Assembly: GCA_964016885.1 (NCBI GenBank)
Contig: OZ024743.1
Coordinates: forward strand, 268,336,001 to 268,400,000
From: Eledone cirrhosa
Taxonomy: Eukaryota
Reading direction: 5' to 3'
Length of the DNA stretch: 64,000 bases
Position numbers and translations under genes: made by a program. How positions within the stretch are numbered: the first letter of the stretch is position 1; each line of letters starts with the position of its first letter. Shown here one piece after another: positions 42,285 through 55,963 of the stretch. The notes beneath the pieces are model-generated. The model ran no database searches. It was given only the letters and a program-made list of their open reading frames with translations, and was not told the origin of the DNA.

Positions 42285-44195
42285 TCTCACCCATAGTCTG
42301 TTGTACCTCTGCCAGTGTAGGATGAGCTGACAACTCATGAATTATATCCAATTGAGGCACATTATTTTTGATATCCGCATTGAGCGCCCTGGGATTATAA
42401 AGAAGTTCAGTAAAATGATCACTCTAACCCTCCTTTATACTGTCCGAGTCTTTGAAAAGGATATATCCATCCTTTGACCTGAGTTGTTCCATGGATGTGG
42501 ATTGAGGGTAAAAGGCCTGATTGATCAGGTGGTACAATGTCCTGGAGTCCTTTCGGCCATAGGCAAACTGGATCTGCGTTAAAATATCTACCCACCATTT
42601 ACTTTCCATCTGAAGGATTCCACGCTGGAATTCAAAGCAGAATGGCCTTTATCTGATAATTATTTTCATCAAACCATTCCCTGTTTCTTTTTCCTGAAAC
42701 AGAGGACTTCAACACTAATGCTGTAGAGCGCGGTCTTAAACTGATCCCATGTGCCGTCAAATTCAGTTTCTTCAAAATCCCTTTACATATCCTTACGAAG
42801 CGCTGGTTCCTGCAATCACTAAACGTCTACACGTCTAGGAAGCCCTGTCCCATTTTATCTTATTCTACGTTTGATGCGAAATTTCATTTTGCTACGTATT
42901 AATGCGTGGTCTGTCGCACATACAGCAACATGCAATGCCTGGACAGTGCAGATATCCTGAATATCTCATTTACGACAGATGACGTAATCAAGAATATGCC
43001 CATGTTTTGATCTTGGGTGAATCCAATTAATAATATGAGCGTCCTTCTCGCTTGTAAAACTTCAGTACAGAGCTGAAGGTGTAATCCATTGTAATTCATG
43101 CTTCCAAGACCGTACTTCCCCAATGTTTTCCAGGTCTCATGATCTCTACCAGCCCAGGCGTTAAAATCACAAAGAGGAGAATCCTATCTGCTTTTGGGAC
43201 GTTGGCACTGGTAGATCGAAGATCTTGATATAATACCATTATGGATTTCTCGTTACTAGAAAGAGTCGGAGCACAAAAGGAAAACATAGTCAAAGAATGA
43301 CTGTGCGGTTCTTTCCCGAACGCCATAGGGTTGCTCGAGATTGCTGGTTAGCTCAGTTCGAATGGCAAAGCCTACACATTGCTCACGTTTCTCTTCCTCA
43401 GCTTTGCCCTTCCAGGAAAAGGTGTAACCCACCCCGTATTCTGTCAACTGATTCTCAGTCATATTTCAGAGAGTACTATGTCAATACCATACTGAGGCAA
43501 TTCCTTTGCTATCAAACCAGTTTGACGTTCAGGATTACAAGAAGTGCCCATGTGTTCTAAGTACCGTGATTCATTCTGTACTTTTTGTTATATTATCTCT
43601 TCGTTTCTACCACATTATTATGAATCTCTGCCAACCACACGCTGCCGACCAGTTTGATGACAGAACAGATTTTGTTTAGGTCACATTTTCTAGAACTTTC
43701 CCATGTGGTATGGGTGGGCAGTGTATACCTAAAAAGGGACGGCTGAGTCTCTCAAGCTGCTGCCGAAGCATGTGGCGTATCAGGTTAATAGCGCAGCGAG
43801 TTTATCATAAGACTCGACACGTCATCTTGTAGATTTGGGACCATGAGCTTCTAACTGGTTGAATCTGCACACGTTACACATAAAGATAACAATGCTAATA
43901 GTTGTGTTACACACGTGGAAAACACTTCATCCCCGCAGCTATGTGTCCCGTGACAAACCAATTGGTGGCTGGTGAGGTTATTTAACCCATACTTTGAGTG
44001 GATGGCCTTAGATTCAGTGGAGATTATCCGCATTTTGACTTCTCTTGTTTTTGTGCAGGTGGGTTTCCTCTTACCCTCTTCGCCACACCTGTGCCTTTTG
44101 GCGTAGTCGGCTTAGTCGGTGACCATCCGAGCATGAAACAGGTTGTAATGGGATGCAGGTTACCAGTTTACCAGGAGCAAGCAGACACCCGACGT
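42285..44195 (-). pseudogene. Decayed RTE-clade LINE: probable 5' UTR, AP-endonuclease and linker
   Basis: QLTEYGVGYTFSWKGK..E..REQCVGFAI, APTL.S, GKYGLGSMNYNG..L..C, KWW.....IQ, LRSKDG..L; these match BovB/RTE-like ORF landmarks across frameshifts. The UTR boundary is inferred. Confidence 0.85.
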
Positions 44196-44210
44196 AATAT
44201 ATTATATATA

Positions 44211-44256
<46 letters not shown>

Positions 44257-44318
44257 CACACACACACACACACACTCTCACACACACACATATATATACA
44301 TATATATATAAATATACT

Positions 44319-44415
<97 letters not shown>

Positions 44416-44831
44416 GTGAGTGTGTGTGTGTGTAAGCATACATATACAGAAGTATACAAAATGTATGAATATATACTTGCATGCACATGTGTGTGTGTGA
44501 AATAGAGAAGAGCATTAGGTTTACAATATTGCTGTTGCTTTCGTGTAATTATTTAAAACCCGTGTCTACCATATTACTTTTGCAAAGATTCCTGTGAAGA
44601 ATCCTACCGAAAAACTAAGTAAATCTCTGAGATTATTGCAATAATTTCCCCTTGATATATGAGGATAGACGGATGAGATGCTATAATATCAGTAAGCGTA
44701 ATGCAGTGCTGGAATAGTTTATTGTTAAATATGGTTATTCCAACCGGAAATACTGCAATTAATGGTTTCATCCCGAGGCTGGAATCAGATTAAGTAGTTT
44801 CGAATATTGACATGAATTTATATATAAACAG

Positions 44832-44876
<45 letters not shown>

Positions 44877-44897
44877 TATACATATAAACGTACATAT

Positions 44898-45046
<149 letters not shown>

Positions 45047-45839
45047 ATTTGTGTTTGTGTGTGTATTTGCATATTAAGCACAGGTGAAGCAGAGACGTTT
45101 ATTTTGATTTTCAAAGACACAAACACATTCACGTTATGCACGGCATAAAGTAATGTACACGAAGTCAGATATTCAATAATATTTACGTACACATATAAGC
45201 ATATATATATATATATACACACCTGAACTTAGTAGATAACACAATCTTAAACACATATTCTCTGGAGCAATATTTCACGTTCACCCACCTAATTTGGACG
45301 TATATGTATGCATGTTATGTATGTGTAGGCATGCATATATTCTGAAATCCTCATACATGGACTTTATCACATATTAAGTATATTCTATCGCCAGAAGTAG
45401 TTTCCATTCACGTATATTTAATACCTAGACACATAAACACATACATAAACACACACAAACATATACGTCCCCGTTTATACAAACTGGCGCACACTTTCAT
45501 CCACAAAAGCTTAAGTGTATACTGAGTCACATGATTGTACACACAACTCACTCTTATAGACATATATATCCGTGAAGTAGTATAAGCTGACACAACCTTC
45601 TCCCCAACACTTACACTTTCTCACAAATTCACAGATATTTATATGTATTCTCTCTCTCTATCAATCTATCTTTCTCTGCCCTCTCTCTCTATCTATATGT
45701 CTGTCTGTCTGTCTATCTATCTAACTAGTTAACTATCTATGGCTCTCTCTATCTTTATCTCTCACATGCCCACGTTCACACGCATACACAGTTGAAAACA
45801 CACACATATCTATATACACACATATGCAAGCAAATATGC

Positions 45840-45887
<48 letters not shown>

Positions 45888-47863
45888 CTTTTTTTTTTTT
45901 TGCGTCACCGCTCTTTTAATGGTTTTGCTTTGGAGAGAGGAGAGAGTGAGTGACAAAGAGAGAGACAGACAAATAAACAACTATTGAGACAGTGAAAGAA
46001 TATCTGATTAATCATTTTCATATGTTTCTGCCGATTAATGAATTCGTTAGAGCTTCATACAAAATTATTTGCGGTATCTGTTCCACTTTTGTTTGTTGTG
46101 TGTTCAAACCACAATGAGGTTAAATTTGCCTTTATACTCCCTTGCTCGTTATAATGAAAGACCAGGCAACTACAGCATCTATATAATCAACCTACCCACC
46201 TCGCCACTAAAACCATTTGCTGTCTTGAGCCTAAATTAAAACACCTTATTTATATAGGTTACCAATGTAAAATATTGTATAATATTGGTGTGACTGTAGT
46301 AGAATTAATGGATAGACATTTGTCTGTATTTCGGCGTGTGTGTACCGGTTGTTCCACCAATGGATTAGCTAGCCTGCTTACAAACTTAACGTTTATCCTC
46401 AACAGCATTCCTTAGGTGAGTGTACCCTCAACGTAATTTTCTAGGAGACTGGGCGTGCCCCCACCATTAGTCGGCGATTGGGATTAAAAAAATACCATGC
46501 TGATCTGTTGCATATTGTCACAGATCTGAAGTCAATTAAATCAACCCCAGTACATATACAGCACTATATATTTCCTTCCTAGAAGGGTGAAAGTCAAAGC
46601 TGGCTACAGTGAATTTGGAGCTCACAGCAAACTAGACCGAAGATATGTAAAATCTTCTGTGCAAGATCACTCTAAACGTTCTGATAATTCACCTCGGTAC
46701 AATGAAATAAACATAAATTATTAAAATATTAATTTTACTCATATATGCATTGATGTCTGGCCATAATTTCTCTAATATTACCCAATGACGTTGAAAGTGA
46801 AACGCATATCCTTAATGGGTCCTTCCATGCAAACAAAGATCAGACTCTCCTTTCCTTTAGCATGTAAATCAACTCATGATATAAACTCTTGATTTATTGA
46901 AATTGAATTTCCTTTTCTTTCCGTGTCAATAAAAATTGGCACAATGTTGTTGTTTTTTGTTGTTTTTTTGTCGAGCTTTGATAGAAATTTCAATAAATAT
47001 GAAACACAATACTAATTTATTTTACTAAATGGAAAATATGATAAAGACTGTACAATATACATGGCAATAAGGAAAAGAAGAAAAAGAAAAGAAGAATTGA
47101 GCAACGAAGAAAGGGAGAGGGGTGGGGGCGACAGACCCTACATCCCCAGTTAAACGGTGTTTCGGCTGTGCCCCTCGAACAAAATGTCAAAGTCATTGCC
47201 GCAGAGAATGGACAGGGGCAGCTGCTGCAACGGCCACCTCACTTCACGAGGCTCATTTTTGCTCTCTTTCCAGCTTTACGGAGGAAATCGTCTCGGGATA
47301 CGCAATCTTTGTGCATCTATCCTAGACCTCCCAAGACAGGTGGCAAGCTCAATATTAAGTTGATATTAAGAAAATTATTATATTGAATTATGTTGGAAGA
47401 TTTTTCAAATTTAGTTGCTAACCCTTTAAATTAATTTTGCTTCATATAACCATGGGTGGTTATGAGTGTGTTTGTATCAAGTGGGTTAATTACAGAGTCC
47501 ATTTTCATGTTATTCGATTTCTGTAAATGCCCTTATCTTCTTTTGTTATGTTTAATCATGCAAATAATTTTATACATAAAATCCCATCCGTTGCTCTGTT
47601 GATTGTAATTGACTTCACTGCACTGATGAGCTCAAATACACAGAAACATATGTCACAGATGTCCGGTGAGTGCAAAAAAAGACCAAACGGCCTTTTTCCT
47701 AAACATCTAAATTAACTAGAAAAATCATTCATGGTTTCTGCCCAGTGACTCCCCCTTGTTTCAAGACTATTAAACAATTACTACCAGGATTACATTTTTC
47801 CTCTTGCTGTTAGAGAAACGTCAATACATTTGTCAATATTGCATTCAGTACTTATTTCATTAT

Positions 47864-48052
47864 TGGTGGATTGGCAGTATCGGTAGAGGGTCGGATGCCA
47901 TGCTTTGACGTATAGAGTTACGGCCCTTGCCATTCTGAGTTCAAATCCCGCCGAGGTTAACTTTTCCTTTCATCCTTACGGGGTCGATAAAATAAAGTTC
48001 AGTAATGCTCTGGGTAATTGGTGGCCTTGTGCCAAAAGTAGAAACAATTATT
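47864..48052 (+). mobile_element. Full-length SINE copy
   Basis: Closely matches 7294-7484. Confidence 0.9.
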
Positions 48053-48448
48053 TTAATTGCTGGAACCCATTGTCACTGTTCTTGGGGGGATTGCGTTTGT
48101 GTACATGTGTCCTTATATACAAGAGTATTCTTTATTGAGAACATATACACACTCACACTTTCACACCCAAACAAATGTATTCATATAGAGGGTGGGCCAG
48201 AATTCACGACTCATTTGATTATTTATAGATCTGCTAACACAAAATGTTATAAAACAAGTTAAGTTATATAATAAAAATATAAATTAAGAAACCTGGTAAG
48301 CATATTAAGAAATAAAATGATAAATTAAAACTATACAATGACAATAAAATAAGCATGCTAAGAAATATAACTAACAAGCGAGTCATGAATTGTGTTGTTA
48401 TTTCTGTTTACCTTTTATATATATATATATATATAGGAAAATGTATGA

Positions 48449-48543
48449 CCTCGACGGCGGAGCTCAAGCCGTTTCGACGGTTATTTCTGGACTAAATTAG
48501 AATTTGTTAGCTTGGTGAATAAATAGCCGAACTTTTCAAGGGG
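48449..48543 (-). ncRNA. Type I hammerhead, U3-A8 variant (family B, left arm)
   Basis: Minus strand: cccc TTGAAAA gttcggctattt...aaataaccgtc GAAA cggc-ttgagctcc-gccg TC gagg. Confidence 0.7.
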
Positions 48544-50201
48544 GTTCTTCCTTATATGGGAAGATTGTAGTTGTCAAGAGGATTGGTTAAAATTTGTTGT
48601 AAACACAAATAAGTCTATCATGGTGGGAATTAGGGATGGCTGAAGTTGCATGTAGAACAATAGGGGAGTGAGTGGAGCGGTCAAGCGTTGAAAGTGATAT
48701 GTATACATCAGATTCTAAGGATAGTGTATGAAGTGGGGGAGGGAGGTTATAGAATAGGTAAATCGAAAGAGAGTAGGAGTCAATAAAAGATACTAGAAAG
48801 AAATTAAAAAATATACATATATATATAAAATTAGATAGTGAAAAATGAATAAAGAAATCACAATGCTATCTTACAATTACAGGTTAATAAGTTGAGAATA
48901 GAAAAAACTTATAGAAATTACAAAACAGATACAAACTTAAAGGGGTTTTTAACACATCTGCTATAAGTAGTTAGTAAAGCGTATTCGGCCAATTCTATCT
49001 TAAAATAACAGGGGTGGGGGAACTGATGCTACAAGGCCCAATGGGCGGCATCGGGGTAGGCGAAATGGGAAAGCAGACGAGGAAGAAAATAGGGGGTGGA
49101 AGGAAGTGATAGGATGAGACAGGGGGAAGAAGGAGACAAAGAGGAAAAGAAAAGAGATATTTTTACCTATGTAAACTGGGGTTTCCCTTAACTTATTCGG
49201 CAAGTGTGTGTGTGTATGGAGGCGGGGGGTATCAGCCCTTGTCTACCCACCCGGGTCGTTATAGGGTTTGGGGGCGAGGTAAGTCCTACGCAATATGTGT
49301 TTGCATGCGGTTACCAGTTCATCTTTCTTGTTTAGGAGTTGGTCCTTCGAAAACAGCATTTGTAATGTTTCCTCCGAGCATAAGCTACACGGAGGAAACA
49401 TTACAAATGCTGTTTTCGAAGGACCAACTCCTAAACAAGAAAGAAGAACTGGTAACAGCATGCAAACACAGATTGCGTAGGACTTACCTCGCGGTCAAAC
49501 CCTATAACGACCCGGGTGGGTATACAAGGGCTGATACCCCCCCCCACACACACACACACACTTGCCGAATAAGTTAGGGGAAACCCCAGCTTACATAGGT
49601 AAATGTATCTCTTTTCTTTTCTTCTTTGTCCTCTTCTTCCCCCTGTCTCATCCTATCACTTCCTTCCACCCCCTATTTTCTTCCTCGTCTGATTTCCCCT
49701 TTCGCCTACCCAATGCAGCCCATCGGGCCTTGTAGCATCAGTTCCCCCACCGCTGTTCTTTTAATATAGAATTGGCCGAATACGTTTTACTAACTACTTA
49801 TAGCAGATGTGTTAAAAATCCCTTTAAGTTTGTATCTGTTTTGTAATTTCTATAGTTTTTTCTATTCTCAACACATTAACCTGTAATTGTAAGATAGCAT
49901 TGTGATTTCTTTATTCATTTCTAACTATCTAATTTTTTTTTTTTTAATTTCTATCTAGTATCTTTTATTGTCTCCTACTCTCTTTCGATTTACCTATTCT
50001 ATAACCTCCCTCCCCCATTTCATACACTATACTTAGTGTATCACTTTCAACGCTTGACCGCTCCACTCACTCCCCTATTGTTCTACAGGCAAGTTCAGCC
50101 ACCCCTACTTCCCACCAAATGCCATGATAGACTTATTTGTGTTTGCATCAAATGTTAACCAATCCTCTTGACAAGTACAAGCTTCCCATATAAGGAAGTA
50201 C

Positions 50202-50295
50202 CCCCTTGAAAAGTTCGGCTATTTATTCGCCAGGCTAAAAATTATAATATATTCCAGAAACAGCCGTCGAAACAGCTTGAGCTCTGCCGTCGGGG
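50202..50295 (+). ncRNA. Type I hammerhead, U3-A8 variant (family B, right arm)
   Basis: cccc TTGAAAA gttcggct...agccgtc GAAA cagc-ttgagctct-gccg TC gggg; GUC triplet (cut after 50291). Confidence 0.75.
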
Positions 50296-50387
50296 TCATA
50301 CTTTTTCCTATTTCCCACTCTACTACCCTAAGTATTGAGTACTCTGGTGCGTTATGGTCCATTTGGTTCCTTACCACACTTCCTTTG

Positions 50388-50424
<37 letters not shown>

Positions 50425-50428
<4 letters not shown>

Positions 50429-51960
50429 TGAAAAATAGAGCGAGAAAGGGTACTGTCCATCATCAGTGATCTTTTGACTATCATCGGTATTTCTTCGCAT
50501 TAAAGACCAGAAACCTCAAAATCAGTGCGAGCAATAACTTAAATAAGTTATTGAGACAGAGCGAATTGGGTGGAGAAAGAGGGACAGTAAACTAACAAAA
50601 ATATTAATGCAACGTAAAGAGAGGAAATGAGAGACAGGTCAATGATACATTTGAACTTAAGTTCGAACAAATCAACGACTGGAAGACGGCAGACGAGTCC
50701 GAGCCCTGCGAAATGTGAGCGAGAAAAGGATTTCACACTGGTCAGACGGGATGAAGTGAGAGAGGGGGAGCAGCAGAGAGTGAGTGAGTGAAAGTGTGAG
50801 GAAGAGGCCAGCCGAGAGAGTGTGTGACCAGCAGAGGGGGGTGAATGAAAGCAAGAGGTACAATGAGAGAGAAGGGGGAGAGAGAAAGAGGATAGCAGTA
50901 AGGTGATAGAAAAAGATAAACCACCGCGAAGGAAAAAATTATATATGAATGAAAAAATGGCGTGCTGCGTTGTTGCGACTGTGATACATATAAATGAAAT
51001 TTTGTTTGTTTACTGTCCCTCTTTCTCCACCCAATTCGCTCTGTCCCAATAACTTATTTTAGTTATTGCTCGCACTGAATTTGTGTTATCTGGTCTTTAA
51101 TGCGAAGAAATACCGATGATAGTCAGAAGATCACTGATGATGGACAGTCCCCTTTCTCGCTCTACTTTTCATTCATATGTATCACACTCACAACAACGCA
51201 GCACGCCATTTATATATATATATACCAACCAGAGGCATATGATCTTTAAAGCGATGAAATACCAATGAAGGCTGGAAGATCACTGATGAAGGACTAATTT
51301 TATTCATATGTAACCCATTTGCAACCATACAGCACGCCATTTTTTAAATATATTTATATATTTTCCTCCGCTGTGACCCGTCTGTTTCTTTCTTACTGCT
51401 TCCTCTTTTTCCGTATCTCTCACTTCCTTTTACCCCCACTGCCAGTCACTCTCTCTGTTAGCCACTTCCTCACACTTTCACTCACTCACTCTCTGCTACT
51501 CCCTCTCCTACTTCCTGACGTTTGAGCTATGCGAAATTCTTTCCTCACTCGCATTTCGACCAGGTCGGATGGTTTTTATTCTATCTTGTCTACGATTTCA
51601 CAGAACTTATGTTCATCGATTTCAGAGACTTGACTCCTTCTTCATCCCGTTTGACCTGTGCGAAATTCTTTCCTCACTCGCATTTCGACCAGGTTGGATG
51701 GTCTTTATTCTCTCTCGTCTACGATTTCACAGAACTTATGTTCATCGATTTCAGGGACTTGACTCCTTCTTCCTCACTTTTCGTTGCATTACCATCTTTG
51801 TTTGTTTACTGTCTCGCTCGTTCCCCCTATTTACCTGTCCCAACGACTTTCTTCAACCGTTGCTCGCACCGACCAGAGGTATATGGTCTTTAAAGCGATG
51901 AAATACCAATGAAGGCTGGAAGATCACTGATGAAGGACTAAATTTATTCATATATAACCA
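50425..51960. mobile_element. Family G cluster: a fold-back copy (50425-51212) and a partial-tandem copy (51225-51960)
   Basis: 50425-50620 is inverted at ~50995-51178; 51226-51310 is repeated at 51872-51952; internal ~129-bp tandem duplication at ~51520-51775. Confidence 0.8.
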
Positions 51961-52078
51961 AATGTTAAACAAGGTTCATTGTGATATATAAATATTGAGT
52001 TTTGTTGTAATAAATTGCTGCCAAGACTGGAGTTGAACCATCAGCACAGTTGAGGTATGTCATACATCAATCTATGTA

Positions 52079-52140
52079 TTTTATCTGATGAGGACGTACT
52101 GAAAAAACAGCACACTATCTCCGAAATATATATAATAAAA
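52079..52140 (+). ncRNA. Minimal type I hammerhead (family H)
   Basis: ttttat CTGATGA gga...tcc GAAA tatata TA ataaaa. Confidence 0.75.
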
Positions 52141-52184
52141 CATATATTTTGATTACGTGAATGTCTCCATTTATTAATATTTTG

Positions 52185-52234
<50 letters not shown>

Positions 52235-52348
52235 GTATATATATATATATTAATATATATATATGCAGAGGTTATATTTAATTTGTTGGGATTCAACAAG
52301 CTTAAAAATGTTTATAACTAATATAAAGCACTCAACAGTTTAGTGGAG

Positions 52349-52664
52349 TATATATACAATATATTAATAAATGGAAATTATATTTATAAAACCATAATTA
52401 TTTTATTATATATATTTCAAGGGCGACCAAGGTAAATTGAGGGCGACCTCAACGGTTGAAATTCGCTGGATAGTCACTATCCAGCGAATTTCAACCGACG
52501 AGGTTGTCTTTTTTCCGGGTATGTCAATATTTATTTATAAAACAAATCTGTATTTTATCTGATGAAAGCGCACAATAATTTACCTTGATCGCCCTTGAAA
52601 TATATATAATAAAATAATTATGGTTTTATAAATATAGTTTCCATTTATTAATATATTGTGTATA
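52349..52664 (+). mobile_element. Family H fold-back element with nested hairpin
   Basis: 52349-52437 is inverted at ~52575-52664; inner perfect hairpin cggttgaaattcgctggatagt-c-actatccagcgaatttcaaccg (52453-52497). Confidence 0.8.
52551..52616 (+). ncRNA. Minimal type I hammerhead (family H)
   Basis: tattttat CTGATGA aag...ctt GAAA tatata TA ataaaata. Confidence 0.75.
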
Positions 52665-52744
52665 TATATATATGAATGAAAAGAATCAGGACGGCGACGG
52701 CTGAGTTCCGGCCGTTTCGACAGCTAGATCGGATCAGCTATATT

Positions 52745-52822
<78 letters not shown>

Positions 52823-53704
52823 GACACATATATATACATATGTCTGCTTGTGTTAAAATATGAAAAAGATTATACCAATCTCTTACTCTTCTTTATATCT
52901 ATGTATGTCAATGCTTGCATATTTTAACGTATCTGTGTCACTGTCATGTGCGTCTTACATTGACTGTTTTGTCTCCACATAGATAGACATATATATTTAG
53001 TGAGGATGACTGTATGTATATGTGTATGTACATATGTATGCATGACTGTGTGTGTGATGTATGTGAGTAAGAGTTGTTTATGTGTAGCTCCTCGGCATAC
53101 ACCTTATTACTAAACCTAAAACCATGCATCATACAACATCCATTTTAGACAAATGTGATTCTTTACTAGAAGTTGGTTTTGTTGCTGTCATATTAATAAT
53201 AGTAATTGCAATATAAACTGAGATTGTTGTTGTTCTAGAGGTTGTCCGTCGCGTATATATTTTTCCTCATAATGTCGTTTTCTGCTGGTCAGTAACGTAG
53301 TATGTCAATAAAAGTATGGAAGCCTATATGAACTATCTATTCCTCCTCCATTGAATCTTCTTCTCACACAAACGTTCACTTTCTCGTTTCTCTCGTTTTC
53401 TATTTCAAAGAACTTTTACTTCACTCTTACTGATTCTGTCACTCTCTCAATCTCATTTATCCCAATCAATCAATCAATTCTTTTGATTCAAACACTTCTT
53501 CACTATCTTTGTCCGTGTGTCTGGCATTTCACCCATGCATATTTACATATATTTCCACGTTTGTGTGGGGGGGGGGGTGAGGGGGGCTGTGTGTTGTGTG
53601 GGTGTCTGTGTGGGTTTGTATGGGTGAGTGTGTCTCTGAATCTCTGTATGTAGCGAAAAGATAAAAAAGAAGAACGCTCCTTATATCTACAGACCTAATT
53701 AATA

Positions 53705-54197
53705 TACAGGTGGGTGGAATGAAACTGCTTATTGAAAATTACTTATAACTTTTGTCTGACTGTCACCATTTGGGATCTCAAATTCACATATTTTGCACGC
53801 ACTGTCCATGAGTGGTTTGATGTCCTATTTCCATGACATTGGTTGGTTGATCGAGGTCCACATGAATGGCCAGCAAGAATCTTTAATTTAACGCCAATTT
53901 TTTGGATGGGGTGTTGGTGAACGAAGAAATAATGTTATAGCTCATAACTAAAAACTATGACTCAATTGGAAGAACGCATTTTTCACGTACTCATCAACAT
54001 GCAGCCTGTGTTCCTAAAGTTAGTCGAAGGGTTAGTTGAAAATATACCCAGATGATTACAATCTCTGGTGTCTATGTAGAGTTTCAATAATATATACTAC
54101 TCCTACAATTTTCTTCAAAACACATTTTATGAAAATCGAATTATAATTAATAGTTATTAATAATTTTACATAGGGATATTCCTTACACTCACCCTAT
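53705..54197 (+). mobile_element. Decayed Tc1/mariner-superfamily transposon fragment
   Basis: Translation FARTVHEWFDVLFP*HWLVDRGPHEWPARIFNLTPIFWMG resembles VR.WL...FP.RW.GR....WP.RSPDLTP.DF..WG; weak TIR-like ends. Confidence 0.7.
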
Positions 54198-54259
54198 CTA
54201 TTTGTTATTATTCGTACAAAGGAAAATTCTTTGTCTTATTCACGTTGAAATGAAGTCAT

Positions 54260-54395
54260 AGACTATCCTGCTAAAAAATGTATGAGTATTAAAGGACAGA
54301 ATTATATTCCATAAAATAAAGTTGAGATTACTAGAAAAGCCTAATCCATACGACAAGGGATCGAAGAAGTGTTGTATTTCTACTAGGGAGAAAAC
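54260..54395 (+). pseudogene. Penelope-like GIY-YIG C-terminal remnant
   Basis: TILLKNV*VLKDRIIFHKIKLRLLEKPNPYDKGSKKCCISTREK resembles T.LSK.IW.LKD.....I.W.IL.KA.PY....K.C.LC..EK. Confidence 0.7.
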
Positions 54396-54925
54396 CAGAA
54401 AAATCCCGGATGTAAGTTCTTCATTATCTCCCCCATCTTTTTCTTCCCCGTTCACTTATTCCTGGGAGGGCCATGGAGACTTCAAGCACACCTTCCCGCG
54501 GGTCGAGTCAGAAGCAACCATCTCCATGTGATCCAGTTAGATCCCCAAGTGAGGTGAGCCATGCTCAAGAATTTTATCCAGCCATCTTGTTTCGCGTCAA
54601 CCCCTGGGTCTTCTGCCGGCTGGTTTTGATTTATTACTATTTATCCGAACATAAATACTTAGGCATTCCTAGAGAGACATCAAGACAATACTACCATACT
54701 CCGACTGCGCCTTCCACAAGTTTATCTATAAATACCTCATTTTCAAAGTGATATTTTCAGGAATTAATACTACTTCAAAGAATACTTACCCTGTTCCCGA
54801 AACACTAATCCCCAGATTTACAGCCTGCAAAGCGAGACAAACAAAACCCACCTTAGAAATACCATAAAAGTTCCAGTCCCAATCTGAGTACAGATACTTT
54901 TTGGAAAGACAGCGTATATATATAT

Positions 54926-54957
<32 letters not shown>

Positions 54958-55398
54958 TAGAAAATGAGGTGAAATCGAAAATGCAACTGGAGTCTTTTTT
55001 AAAATATTTATTGGGATCCTTTACCGGTTTCGCAGTTCTTATCCTTTTCAAATGTAGAATTCAGATGGAGGGCTTGTGGTTTTTCTCACATATATATATA
55101 TATATATATATATGTGTGGGGTGGGTGTGTGCGTGTTAGTTATGTGTGTTATACATTTACAGGGGGCGCTCCGTTCGAAGCACTCAATGCTGTTAGGGGG
55201 ATGCTCTTGTGTTGGTTGTATTCTTGTTATCCCTATTTCAATTGGGGGTAACCACAGTAAGTATTGTACTCAATACATAGCAGAGTATAAATATTTAATA
55301 TAGAAATGGCTTCTACAGGACTAGATCTGTTTCATTCGGGAGAAATCATCTGCAAGCCTATATTAAATATTAAATATATATAAATATATACATATATA

Positions 55399-55963
55399 TA
55401 TGAATGTATGTATAGAATATTTGGCAATATACCGTATGTTTAATTAAAAACATTTTGAAAACCTTACGCTATCATTTTTAAAGTAGTGACTATGTCACTT
55501 AGTTCTTTTTTCGGCAAAGGAAGGGGGAGAAGCTGACAGATTCTATTTGACACTGTTGGTGATCCTCAGAGCAATTGCCGGTCCAGCAAAAATTAAAAAT
55601 TAGGATTGGTGTTCTGAAATAGGGATGTATACATGAATGTTTGTATAGTATATTTGGCAACATACCGTATTTTTAATCGCTCTGTATAATCAGTTCCTGA
55701 TTATTACTGGAATTCTATAAGAATCCAGCCTCTATAATTTTCGGCAGAGGCAGGAGAACGTTGCTCTGAGGAACAACAATAGTGTGAAACAGAATCTGTC
55801 AGGTTCTCTCCCTTCCTTTGCCGAAAAAAGAAGTAAGTGACATAGTCACTACTTCCAAAATGATACCGTAAGGTCTTCAAAATGTTTTAAAATAAAAATA
55901 CGGTATATTGCCAAATATACTATACATACATTCATGTATACATCGCCATTTCAGAGCACCAAT

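Larger units (their letters stand above)
48435..50390 (+). mobile_element. 5'-truncated, inverted-duplicated Penelope-like element (family B): ~1.9-kb hairpin plus unique 3' tail, in (TA)n
   Basis: Arms 48435-49376 and 49390-~50311, loop 49377-49389; the centre encodes CSLCSEETLQMLFSKDQLLNKKDELVTACKH, matching the CxLCxxEK...LLNKRxE..xxCRH C-terminus of PLE GIY-YIG domains (recalled consensus). Confidence 0.85.

Noticed and set aside
47030-47400. Possible LINE 3' end on the minus strand
   Set aside because: It has a UTR-like composition but no motif I can assign with confidence.
47618-47658. CTGATGA...GAAA catatg TC hammerhead-like string
   Set aside because: Core and palindromic stem III are present but stems I and II do not pair adequately; at most a heavily decayed copy.
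49200-49570. A-to-I editing footprint between the arms of the large hairpin
   Set aside because: The mismatches I compared were mostly transversions with no A>G bias.
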